Shown piece after piece: positions 28,005 through 37,016 of a stretch of DNA of 53,359 bases; positions within the stretch are counted from its first letter, which is position 1, and every line of letters begins with the position of its first letter. This DNA comes from an uncultured Bacilli bacterium (GTDB lineage Bacteria > Bacillota_I > Bacilli_A > RF39 > UBA660). The stretch is taken from positions 1 to 53,359 of the forward strand of contig CALVVE010000001.1 of the NCBI GenBank assembly GCA_944363775.1. The letters are read 5' to 3'. The notes under the pieces are model-generated. The model searched no databases. It was not told where the DNA came from and saw only the letters and a program-made list of their open reading frames with translations. Position numbers and translations under genes: made by a program.

Positions 28005-28862
28005 TTACTTGTCAAATTTTTTTCTATAAGAACATTTTTGACATAATTCACATATTAAAATATTATTTTTTAAACTACTATTAAAATTAATAAATTGGTC
28101 ACTATCTAAAATATACTTTAACTTTGTTTTATAAATATTTCCCAAATTTATAATACCATCACTATCTAAACAACAAGGTACAACAGTACCATCACATAGT
28201 ATGGCAATGTGATCTTTTGTTCCGTTACAAGTACCATAATTACTTATAAATTCATGATTTAATGATGGCCAATCAAATAATTCAGCTTTATTTAAAAATA
28301 AATTTTCTTTTAATGTTGTATTATTACTATTTATTATTTTAGATAGTAATTTACTAGATAAATTAAAATAATTAAGAATTTCTTTAATCATACTTTCCAT
28401 ATCTTTAGTAAGTTTATTATTTTTTAAAGCCCAAAAACGATAATTAACATAAATAGGGGAATTAGCTAAAATTTTTTTAGTTGCTTTTAATATATTAATT
28501 ATATAATTTTCATTATCATTTTCATCAAAACTGTGGAGTGAAACATTTATTTGACGAACACTATTATATTTTAATAAAATATCAGTTTTTTCAAGTAATA
28601 AAGTACCATTAGTAGTAATATTTACTTTTATATTATACATTTCACATAACTCTAAAATTTTATCTAAATTAGGATGCAATAAAGGTTCACCCTTAACGTG
28701 TAAATAAATATAGTCAGTATATTCTTTTATTTCTTTTAAAATATACTCAAATTCTTCAACACTCATAAATCTTAAAGGGCGTAGTAGGGGTGAACAAAAT
28801 TTACAATTTTTATTACAAATATTAGTAATTTCAATATATATACGTTTAAATCTCTTTTTCAT
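28005..28862 (-). CDS. Radical SAM protein with a C-terminal Cys-rich SPASM/twitch-like domain
   Basis: CNKNCKFC (CxxxCxxC) at residues 16-23. The C-terminal 75 aa contains seven Cys (TCNG, LCDG, PCC, CELCQKC). The ATG lies 1 nt after the uvrB stop. Confidence 0.85.
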   Translation of the reverse strand: MKKRFKRIYIEITNICNKNCKFCSPLLRPLRFMSVEEFEYILKEIKEYTDYIYLHVKGEPLLHPNLDKILELCEMYNIKVNITTNGTLLLEKTDILLKYNSVRQINVSLHSFDENDNENYIINILKATKKILANSPIYVNYRFWALKNNKLTKDMESMIKEILNYFNLSSKLLSKIINSNNTTLKENLFLNKAELFDWPSLNHEFISNYGTCNGTKDHIAILCDGTVVPCCLDSDGIINLGNIYKTKLKYILDSDQFINFNSSLKNNILICELCQKCSYRKKFDK

Positions 28863-28863
28863 A

Positions 28864-30816
28864 CTACTTATTTTCCTTTAAATCAAATAATATATCTCGA
28901 AGTTCCATAGCTCTTTCAAAATCAAGATTTTTAGCAGCTTCTTTCATTTCATTTTCTACTTTAATCATTAAATCAATTTTTTCTTTTTTGCTCATCTTTT
29001 CTGGTTCTTTTTCTTCTAATTCTTGATTATTTGAAATAACATCACGAATTTCTTTAATAATAGTTTTTGGAACTATTCCGTGTTCTTCATTATATTTCAT
29101 TTGAATTTCACGACGTCTTTCAGTTTCTGTAATCGCTTCTTTCATAGAATCACTGATAGTATCTGCATACATTATAACTTTACCTTCAGCATTACGAGCG
29201 GCACGACCAATAGTTTGAATTAAACTTCTAGTACTACGCAAGAATCCTTGTTTATCAGCATCCATAATAGCAATCAAACTAACTTCTGGTATATCTATTC
29301 CTTCACGAAGTAAATTAATTCCAACAACAACATCGTATTTCCCAACTCTTAAATCATGAATTATTTTTAATCTTTCTAAAGTCTTTACTTCACTGTGTAA
29401 ATAAGCAACTTTTATATCTAACTTTTTTAAATAAGTTGTAAGCTCTTCAGCCATACGAATTGTTAAAGTTGTAATTAATACACGTTCGTTCTTTTCAATT
29501 CTTGCATTAATTTGATCTAATAAATCATCAATTTGTCCAGATGTTGGTTTTACTTCTATTATTGGATCTAATAACCCAGTTGGACGAATAATTTGTTCAA
29601 CATATTGATTATTACATAATTCCAATTCATAATCACCTGGAGTAGCGGATACATAAATAGTTTGATCTAACTTCTCTTCAAATTCATTAAATTTTAATGG
29701 GCGATTATCCATGGCACTTGGTAATCTAAAACCATAATCAACTAAAACTTTTTTTCGTGCTTGATCGCCATTATACATTCCTCTTACTTGCGGAACAGTA
29801 ACATGTGATTCATCTATTACCATTAAAAAGTTGTGTTTAAAGAAATCTATTAAAGTTGTTGGTGTTTCACCAGCTTGTTTTAACGCAATATGTCTAGAAT
29901 AATTTTCAACTCCACGACAAAATCCCGTTTCAGATAACATTTCTAAATCATAATTAGTTCTTTCCTTAATTCTTTGTGCTTCTAATAACTTATTTTGTTC
30001 TTCAAATTCTTTAATACGCTCATTTAATTCAACTCTAATATTTTCTATTGCAATCTTTAATTTATCTTCACTAGTAACAAAGTGACTAGCAGGAAAGATA
30101 CTAATTGTTTTTTTATTTGCCGTTATAACACCAGTTAAAGTATCGAATTCACAAATTCGATCTATTTCATCACCAAAGAATTCAATTCTAATTCCTTTAC
30201 CATGTTGGGAAATAGGAACTAATTCAAGAACATCACCACGAACTCTAAATGTTCCACGTTTTAAATCCATATTATTTCTTTCATATAACATTTCAACTAG
30301 TTTTTCTAAAACGGCATCACGGTCAACTTCTTCACCAACTTCTAGTGTTAACATTTTTTTCTCATATTCATCTATTTCTCCAATACCATATATACAAGAA
30401 ACTGAAGCAACTACAATAACATCATTATATTTAAGTAATGAACTTGTTGCAGAATGTCTTAATTCATCAATTTCATCATTTATTGAGGCATCCTTCTCAA
30501 TATATGTATCAGTTTTTGCAACATAAGCTTCAGGTTGATAATAATCGTAATATGACACAAAATATTCTACATGATTATTGGGAAATAATTCTTTGAATTC
30601 TGAATACAATTGTCCAGCTAAAGTTTTGTTATGAGCAAGAACTAAAGTTGGTTTATTTATTTCTTTTATTACATTCGCAATTGTAAAAGTTTTACCAGTA
30701 CCAGTGGCCCCTAATAATACTTGACTTTTTTTACCCTCTTTTAAACCTTCAACTAATTCTTTTATAGCTTCAGGTTGATCACCACTTGGTTTATATTTTG
30801 ATACTAACTCAAACAT
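28864..30816 (-). CDS. uvrB: Excinuclease ABC subunit B
   Basis: GATGTGKT Walker A, DESH, helicase motifs, and a C-terminal UVR domain (FERAMELRD). Start ATG 30816 is behind AAGGAGGA; the listed ORF starts 12 codons upstream. Confidence 0.96.
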   Translation of the reverse strand: MFELVSKYKPSGDQPEAIKELVEGLKEGKKSQVLLGATGTGKTFTIANVIKEINKPTLVLAHNKTLAGQLYSEFKELFPNNHVEYFVSYYDYYQPEAYVAKTDTYIEKDASINDEIDELRHSATSSLLKYNDVIVVASVSCIYGIGEIDEYEKKMLTLEVGEEVDRDAVLEKLVEMLYERNNMDLKRGTFRVRGDVLELVPISQHGKGIRIEFFGDEIDRICEFDTLTGVITANKKTISIFPASHFVTSEDKLKIAIENIRVELNERIKEFEEQNKLLEAQRIKERTNYDLEMLSETGFCRGVENYSRHIALKQAGETPTTLIDFFKHNFLMVIDESHVTVPQVRGMYNGDQARKKVLVDYGFRLPSAMDNRPLKFNEFEEKLDQTIYVSATPGDYELELCNNQYVEQIIRPTGLLDPIIEVKPTSGQIDDLLDQINARIEKNERVLITTLTIRMAEELTTYLKKLDIKVAYLHSEVKTLERLKIIHDLRVGKYDVVVGINLLREGIDIPEVSLIAIMDADKQGFLRSTRSLIQTIGRAARNAEGKVIMYADTISDSMKEAITETERRREIQMKYNEEHGIVPKTIIKEIRDVISNNQELEEKEPEKMSKKEKIDLMIKVENEMKEAAKNLDFERAMELRDILFDLKENK

Positions 30817-30852
30817 ATTTTCCTCCTTTTTAACAGTAATTTTATTAAACAT

Positions 30853-30881
30853 ATTCTAACATTTATTTTATAATAAAACAA
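30853..30881 (-). promoter_or_regulatory. Candidate sigma-A promoter for uvrB
   Basis: Minus strand TTGTTT, a 17-nt spacer, then TGTTAGAAT (extended -10). Confidence 0.35.
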
Positions 30882-30982
30882 TAATAATTTTTTATTAATG
30901 TAATAAAATTATATTATTTCTTTATCATTTATTTTTCCATCATTTTTAATAATTATTATATTAAATTTTCTTTATTTAATAT

Positions 30983-31011
30983 TTGCAAAAAAAAGTAGTT
31001 TACTGTATAAT
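30983..31011 (+). promoter_or_regulatory. Near-consensus sigma-A promoter for the 391-aa orphan gene
   Basis: TTGCAA (30983-30988), a 17-nt spacer, then TATAAT (31006-31011). AGGAG RBS at 31019-31023. Confidence 0.55.
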
Positions 31012-31032
31012 AAATTTTAGGAGTTGATAATC

Positions 31033-32199
31033 ATGGATTATGACTATTTGATGAAAAAAATTGAAAAATTAATATCATATATGTATAATGATTTAATTAC
31101 TTTATCAAAAAAAACAACTAATATGGTTAATAATAATATAGAAAACTATTTATCTTATAATAGAATTAAAGTAAATAGATCATTCTATACTCAAACAACT
31201 TATTATTGGATAGAATGCAATAATTCTAATTTATATAAAATTCAAGAAAATTTAAGAAATTTTTTAATAATTACAAAAAAAAATTTGGATGTGAATAAAC
31301 AAACTCATAATAATAAAAAAACAATTCAAACCTTAGAAAATAATTTTAACATTATGATAAATTCTTTAAATATATTTCAAAATACTTTAGAATATACAAA
31401 ATCTTTTGCTCTAAAAAAATATTCTTTTCAAGACTCTTATACTGAAAATGGGATATTAGCAATTAAACAAGCTTTTAATAAAAGTTACTCTTTAATTGAA
31501 ATGGAATTAAATCAAATAAAACAACAATATTATCAACAGTTTGTAAATAATGTATTATTGGATATAAAAAATTATACAGGTGAAACACAAAATTTAAAAT
31601 CAAATAAAGAAGTTATAAATGCTAATAATTATTATAGTAAACTATTAAGAGCAACATTAACGGAGAAAATTGATGAAGTTGATAAATATTATAAGCTTTG
31701 GAATACTATCGATGATAAAATTAAAAAAATGGTTATTGCAAACCAATCAAATAATTTACAAAATATACCATACGTATTTATTGTCCAGAATAATATAAAT
31801 AAAGCTCATAAATTTTTTCTAGAGCACAATATGCAAAATATGGCAAATTATATGGAACAGATGCTTCAAATATTATCTAGTAGAAACATAAATGTTAATA
31901 GTTGGAACTTACTTGTAAACTTAATGAATTATGTAATGAAAGAAGATATAACCAATTTTTCTTCTTTAGCTGTTCAATGGGAATATGTACCAAATAATCT
32001 AAAAAATGAAAATTATGTAAAATATGAAACAGAATTTTTAGAAAAATTTACAGAAATTCAAAATAAAACTAAAATTTTAAATATATTGATGAAAACATAT
32101 CAAATTTTACAAGAACAACAAAAATTTACTGATTTATCTATGTTTATTAATAATATAGTAAATCAAATAAAAGAAAAAGAGACTAAAGTTCATAAATAA
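31033..32199 (+). CDS. Hypothetical Asn/Gln/Lys-rich, predicted all-helical protein (388 aa from ATG 31033)
   Basis: Long ORF with a good promoter, RBS and terminator. No signal peptide, TM or recognisable catalytic motif. It is one of only two plus-strand genes left of oriC. Confidence 0.7.
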   Translation: MDYDYLMKKIEKLISYMYNDLITLSKKTTNMVNNNIENYLSYNRIKVNRSFYTQTTYYWIECNNSNLYKIQENLRNFLIITKKNLDVNKQTHNNKKTIQTLENNFNIMINSLNIFQNTLEYTKSFALKKYSFQDSYTENGILAIKQAFNKSYSLIEMELNQIKQQYYQQFVNNVLLDIKNYTGETQNLKSNKEVINANNYYSKLLRATLTEKIDEVDKYYKLWNTIDDKIKKMVIANQSNNLQNIPYVFIVQNNINKAHKFFLEHNMQNMANYMEQMLQILSSRNINVNSWNLLVNLMNYVMKEDITNFSSLAVQWEYVPNNLKNENYVKYETEFLEKFTEIQNKTKILNILMKTYQILQEQQKFTDLSMFINNIVNQIKEKETKVHK

Positions 32200-32217
32200 T
32201 TAATAAGTCTCTTTTTT
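32177..32217 (+). terminator. Hairpin plus T-run at the end of the 391-aa gene
   Basis: AAGAGACT, a 21-nt loop containing the stop codon, AGTCTCTT, then TTTT. Confidence 0.4.
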
Positions 32218-32268
32218 AGTATATATTATATAAAAAATTATATAAAATTATAATGTTATATATATAAT

Positions 32269-32892
32269 TTAAAAATATTTATATTTAAATCCAAGTGTTT
32301 TATATATTTCAGTAGATCTTGGAAGTTCAAATACACGGGCAATAATTAAATTATAAATTTCATCAAATAATATAATTCCACAAATACTTATTGTTATAAT
32401 TAAAAAAGTTTTTTTATTAGTTTTTCTAGCAATATTAAAACATATTGGTACAACAACATACATTAACACTAAACTAAATATTGCGAATGATAAAACACTT
32501 CTTAGACATACATAACCGTTAATACTTCCAAAACTTAATATTTCGGTATTATAATCCCAACATTTTACTCCTTGAATTTCTTCTAAAATCCAACCACCAA
32601 TATATTCTAAAATCCCACTGGCAATTAAACTAACAATAAAAATAAATAGGGGTTTTTTTCTTTTTTTATATGTTAAAAAATATATACAAACAGCTCCTAT
32701 AGCATAAATATTAATCCATGGTAAAAAGTTACCACCTCGCCAATAAATTTCTGTCATTCCACTATTAAAATAGTAAAAAACAACTTCGTAACAAAAACCA
32801 AAAAAACCGGAAATTGTTATAATTAAACAAATAATACCTAACATAGTTAATTTATCAAAAGAATGATCTTTTTCAATATATTTTTTAAACAT
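32269..32892 (-). CDS. Polytopic membrane protein, resembling the putative ABC-transporter type IV (PF06541-like) family
   Basis: GFCYEVVFYYF...RGGNFLPWINIYAIGA and KCWDY motifs resemble that family by eye. Start ATG 32892. Confidence 0.5.
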   Translation of the reverse strand: MFKKYIEKDHSFDKLTMLGIICLIITISGFFGFCYEVVFYYFNSGMTEIYWRGGNFLPWINIYAIGAVCIYFLTYKKRKKPLFIFIVSLIASGILEYIGGWILEEIQGVKCWDYNTEILSFGSINGYVCLRSVLSFAIFSLVLMYVVVPICFNIARKTNKKTFLIITISICGIILFDEIYNLIIARVFELPRSTEIYKTLGFKYKYF

Positions 32893-32908
32893 ACTTCTCA
32901 ACTACCTT

Positions 32909-34129
32909 TTATTTATATAAAATATCTATATCAACTAAAGTATCAATTCCATCAATTTTACCATTTTCACACATTTGCCACATTTTATAATCTCCTGTAT
33001 ATGATGTTTGATCTGTGTAATGGGCAAGCCAAATATCATGTTTTGGATTCATCCAAATATTCTCTAAATAAGTTTTACTACTATAAAGCATTCCTTCATA
33101 ACCATCTTTTTCTATTTCATCTAAAAATGCCTCAGCCATACTAGTTAATCCAAAAAAACTTAAGTTATATTCATTATAATATTTCCAATTCTCCCAGTCA
33201 AATGCGATTGGTAAATTTACATCATAATCTTTTATTTGTTTTAAAACCCATTTAGCATCTTTTTTAGCTAATTCTATTGTATTAGCATAAGAATAAAAAT
33301 ATATTCCTACATCTATATTATTTTTATTGGCTTCACTAATATTATATTTAAAGTTTTCATCTACAAAATATTCTTTATTTAATCCTCTTGTTCCACCAAC
33401 TCTAATCATTACAAATTCTACACCAGCCTGTTTTAATTTTTTAAAATCTATTTTTCCTTGCCAACTAGAAACATCTATACCAATTTTAGTATTTTTAGTT
33501 TTATATTTTGCAACAACATCACTAAACAAAGTATAATTTTCTTCTGGTGTTTCTACTTCTTCTGTAGGCTTTTCGTTACTTTCAACTGGTTTTGGTTCGA
33601 TTACATGAAGAGTAAATGGAGCAGTTTCTGTATTACCACTACTATCAGTTGCTTTATAAACTAAACTATAATCACCTGCCGTATTTAAATCATAATCACC
33701 TTCAATAACACATTTAGGCTTATTATCATAATTATCACCACATAATATTTGTTTAGTTAAATCAACATCACTATCTTTTAATACTGTATATGAGTTATTA
33801 ATCCAAATTAATGGTTCTGTAGTATCAACTACTTCAATATCAAAAGAGTAGGGAACAGTAATACCATCATCATTTTTAAATTTAAATGAAATAGTTTGTT
33901 TTCCTAATTTTGTTGTATCAATAGCTTTATTACTTAAAATCTCACCATTAATAGAACTTATTAAATCAGATATTTTTACTTCTTCATTAAATTCTATTTT
34001 TAAGTTAGAGACTAATTTTACTTCAATTTTGGCTGTTTTTACTCTTATATAAGCGTAAAGTTCTATACTAAATATTAATAATAATACAGCTATTAAACTT
34101 ATAATTATTATTCTTCTATATTTTTTCAT
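32909..34129 (-). CDS. Membrane-anchored GH25 muramidase (lysozyme) with an Ig-like (DUF5011-type) module
   Basis: GIDVSSWQGKIDFKKLKQAGVEFVMIRVG is the GH25 signature. An Ig-like segment reads ...DLNTAGDYSLVYKATDSSGNTE.... N-terminal TM. Start ATG 34129 is behind GAGGT. Confidence 0.85.
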   Translation of the reverse strand: MKKYRRIIIISLIAVLLLIFSIELYAYIRVKTAKIEVKLVSNLKIEFNEEVKISDLISSINGEILSNKAIDTTKLGKQTISFKFKNDDGITVPYSFDIEVVDTTEPLIWINNSYTVLKDSDVDLTKQILCGDNYDNKPKCVIEGDYDLNTAGDYSLVYKATDSSGNTETAPFTLHVIEPKPVESNEKPTEEVETPEENYTLFSDVVAKYKTKNTKIGIDVSSWQGKIDFKKLKQAGVEFVMIRVGGTRGLNKEYFVDENFKYNISEANKNNIDVGIYFYSYANTIELAKKDAKWVLKQIKDYDVNLPIAFDWENWKYYNEYNLSFFGLTSMAEAFLDEIEKDGYEGMLYSSKTYLENIWMNPKHDIWLAHYTDQTSYTGDYKMWQMCENGKIDGIDTLVDIDILYK

Positions 34130-34153
34130 AATCAACCTCATTTAAATATATTT

Positions 34154-34182
34154 AAAAGAAAAGATCAAAACTAATTGATCTT
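34154..34182 (-). terminator. Intrinsic terminator after the parB-like gene
   Basis: Minus strand AAGATCAA-TTAGTT-TTGATCTT followed by TTCTTTT. Confidence 0.55.
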
Positions 34183-36202
34183 ATTTTTGAATTTTTACAA
34201 CTAATTGAGCCATATTTTCTAAATCAAATTGTTCGATAGAAATATTAAATCCTTTATTTTGTAATTCATTGCAACAATTTTTTAATGTATTAATTGCTTC
34301 ATTATAATCTAATGTAGGTACTTGCACAGTAGGATTTACTGGTTGTTCCATGTTTACCATATTGTTATTGTTTGGCATAATTGGATTTACAGGTTCTTGT
34401 GGCATTGCACTAACATTTTGATTATAATTCATATTAGGCATAGGTTGTTCTACATTAAATTCAGGTATTATTGGTGTAACAGGTGTATTAGTTACTTCTT
34501 CAGTTGGATTTATATTTCTAAAATCCATATTAAATCCTAAATCTTGTGGTGTTGTTGGAGTTTCTTCAACAGTTGGCATTACTGGTTCAGGATTAACATT
34601 ATTTACTGTTTCTGTTTCAACCGGATTATTATTTATACCAAAATTATTATTTAAATTCATATCAAATTGTGGCATAGAATTAAAATCAGGCATTGATACT
34701 TCATTATTTACAGCATTATTATTCATATTAACATTGTTTGTAGGTTGAACTGGTTCTAAAACTGGTTCTTCAAATGTAAATCCTGAATTTTCATTACTAA
34801 TATTAGCACTATTATTTACATCAAAACTATTATTATCCATTATATTATTTATACCATTATTAATTTGATTAGAATTAGGTTCAAAACTTGGAATACTATT
34901 GAATGTATTTTCAGTAGGAATATTATTAGAAATAGGTTCAACATTAATTGGATTTTCATTAACATTATTATTTAAACTATTTTCAACTGGCATTTCCATT
35001 GAAGTATTATTAACCATTGGTGTTTCTGCTTGTACTGATTGATTAGTTTCAACATAATTATTATTAAAGAAAGCATCAAAATTATATTGAGGTTGTGGCG
35101 TTTCTTCTTGTGGCATAAAATTCATATTAGTTTCTTGTTTTTCTAAATCAGAAACAAAATTTTCTTGATTAGTATTAGGCATAAAATTAAAGAATTTACC
35201 ACTATTAGCACTCTCAACAGCTTCATTATTTTGAGCTGCAAACTGATTATTTATTTCAACCATTTTTTGATCTTCATTTAATAAATTATCAACATCAGCT
35301 TTTGGTGTTTCTGTAAAAATATCTTGTGCTTGATTTTCAATTTTATTAACATCCATAAATCCTGGATTAGTAACATTTTCTTGCACTGGAGAACCAAAAT
35401 CTGGAATTGGTTCTAATACAGGTGCTTCAGACATCATAACATTTTGATTAGGTATATTATTGTTTTGTTGATTATCTCCTTCAATTGGAGTATTTGGAAT
35501 ATTATAATTCATATTATTATTATTATCGTAATTCATATTTTTTTCTCCCTTTTCTTCTAAATCTAAAACCTCTATATTATTTTTTACGGTTTCATTTGTT
35601 TTATTCGCTAAATAGTCTTTAATAACTTGATCAGTTTTTCTAACAGTTAATCTTTCAGATATAATTTTATTTAAAATTTCAACTTGATCCTTTAAATCAC
35701 TTAATTTTAATAAAGAACGGGCATGACGCTCAGAAATTTTTTGTTCTAATAACGCTTCTTGTACTTCTTCATCTAAATTTAATAATCTTAATTTATTGGC
35801 AACAGTTGATTGTGTTTTTCCTAATTTTTGAGCTAATTGTTCTTGAGTCATTCCCATATCTAATATTTTTTTATAAGAAACAGCTTCTTCTATCGGTGTT
35901 AAATCTTGTCTTTGAACATTTTCTATTAAAGCTACTTCAGCTGCATCTTTATCATTTAAATTAACAATCAACGCAGGAATACTTTTTTTGTTTGCCAAAA
36001 CACTTGCTTTATATCTTCTTTCACCAGCTATTATTTCGTACTTATCACTTATTTTTCTAACCACAATTGGTTGAATTACACCATGTTCGCGAATGGATTC
36101 AGCTAATTCATTAATGTTTTTTTCATGAAACTTAATTCTAGGTTGAAAACGATTAGGTAAGATTTTATCTAGGCTAATCTCAATAACTTGATTTCCATTC
36201 AT
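34181..36202 (-). CDS. ParB/Spo0J/Noc-family protein with a very long low-complexity C-terminal extension
   Basis: The N-terminal ~200 aa has LPNRFQPR, GVIQPIVVRK, IIAGERRYKAS and the HTH QEQLAQKLGKTQSTVANKLRLLNL. About 400 aa of N/P/Q/E/M-rich sequence follows, then a ~45-aa ordered-looking tail. Start ATG 36202 is behind GGAGG. Confidence 0.88.
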   Translation of the reverse strand: MNGNQVIEISLDKILPNRFQPRIKFHEKNINELAESIREHGVIQPIVVRKISDKYEIIAGERRYKASVLANKKSIPALIVNLNDKDAAEVALIENVQRQDLTPIEEAVSYKKILDMGMTQEQLAQKLGKTQSTVANKLRLLNLDEEVQEALLEQKISERHARSLLKLSDLKDQVEILNKIISERLTVRKTDQVIKDYLANKTNETVKNNIEVLDLEEKGEKNMNYDNNNNMNYNIPNTPIEGDNQQNNNIPNQNVMMSEAPVLEPIPDFGSPVQENVTNPGFMDVNKIENQAQDIFTETPKADVDNLLNEDQKMVEINNQFAAQNNEAVESANSGKFFNFMPNTNQENFVSDLEKQETNMNFMPQEETPQPQYNFDAFFNNNYVETNQSVQAETPMVNNTSMEMPVENSLNNNVNENPINVEPISNNIPTENTFNSIPSFEPNSNQINNGINNIMDNNSFDVNNSANISNENSGFTFEEPVLEPVQPTNNVNMNNNAVNNEVSMPDFNSMPQFDMNLNNNFGINNNPVETETVNNVNPEPVMPTVEETPTTPQDLGFNMDFRNINPTEEVTNTPVTPIIPEFNVEQPMPNMNYNQNVSAMPQEPVNPIMPNNNNMVNMEQPVNPTVQVPTLDYNEAINTLKNCCNELQNKGFNISIEQFDLENMAQLVVKIQK

Positions 36203-36239
36203 AAACAATACCTCCTTATTCTTTTACTATTCTCTATGT

Positions 36240-36268
36240 ATTATAATATATTTTGGGAAATAATTCAA
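36240..36268 (-). promoter_or_regulatory. Sigma-A promoter for the parB-like gene
   Basis: Minus strand TTGAAT (36268-36263), a 17-nt spacer, then TATAAT (36245-36240). Confidence 0.45.
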
Positions 36269-36285
36269 CAATTTTTGGGAAATAA
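36251..36285. repeat. Two exact 13-nt direct repeats TTTTGGGAAATAA, starts 22 bp apart
   Basis: Copies at 36251-36263 and 36273-36285. One overlaps the promoter spacer and the edge of the -35, and the other lies just upstream. Confidence 0.7.
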
Positions 36286-36288
36286 ATT

Positions 36289-36309
36289 AAAAAAGTAGCA
36301 AAGCTACTT
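36289..36309 (-). terminator. Intrinsic terminator after rsmG
   Basis: Minus strand AAGTAGC-TTT-GCTACTT followed by TTTTTT. Confidence 0.6.
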
Positions 36310-36311
36310 AA

Positions 36312-37016
36312 TTATAATGGTCTTTTCTTTATTTCAGAAAATTTTCTTGGATATTTATTATTTGTTTTAACTTCTTTTTTTATTAAAACTAAAGTTCTAT
36401 TACTATTTTCAACTGGTAATTTAAACTCAACAATTTTTTCTATTTTTCCACCTAATAAATTTAAAGCTCTATTACTTTCTTCAATTTCATTATTAATATT
36501 AGCTTTCATAGGAATAAAATATTTATTTACTTTTACTAAAGGTAAACAAAATTCAGATAAAACATTTAAGGTTGTTACCGCACGAGCTGTTACAACCTCA
36601 TATTTTTCACGATTTTTTATTGCATATTCTTCTGCTCTTGCATGAATAGCTTCAATACCATCTAATTTTAATTCATTAATAACTTCATTTAAAAAGTTTA
36701 TTCTTTTATTAAGTGAATCTACTAAAGTAACATTAATATGCGGAAATAATATTTTTATAACTAATCCTGGAAAACCAGCACCAGTTCCAACATCACATAA
36801 TGAATTTACATTTTTTAAATCAATTATTTTATTTAGAGTAAGACTATCATAAAAATGTTTTAAATAGACTTGCTCAACCTCTGTTATTCCTGTTAAATTC
36901 ATAACTTTGTTTTTTTCAACTAATAATTCATAATATTTATATAATTGTTTTAATTGTTCTTCAGTTATAAATATATTTAAATCAGCTAATGCTTTTATAA
37001 AACTATCTTGATTCAT
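36312..37016 (-). CDS. rsmG: 16S rRNA (guanine527-N7)-methyltransferase RsmG (GidB)
   Basis: DVGTGAGFPGLVIKI SAM motif and RsmG-like length. Lies downstream of mnmG. Confidence 0.93.
   Translation of the reverse strand: MNQDSFIKALADLNIFITEEQLKQLYKYYELLVEKNKVMNLTGITEVEQVYLKHFYDSLTLNKIIDLKNVNSLCDVGTGAGFPGLVIKILFPHINVTLVDSLNKRINFLNEVINELKLDGIEAIHARAEEYAIKNREKYEVVTARAVTTLNVLSEFCLPLVKVNKYFIPMKANINNEIEESNRALNLLGGKIEKIVEFKLPVENSNRTLVLIKKEVKTNNKYPRKFSEIKKRPL

Noticed and set aside
30817-30900. I looked for a LexA/Cheo SOS box (GAAC-N4-GTTC) in the uvrB promoter region.
   Set aside because: The best candidate (around TAGAATATGTTTAA) matches only one half-site loosely. There is no credible SOS operator.
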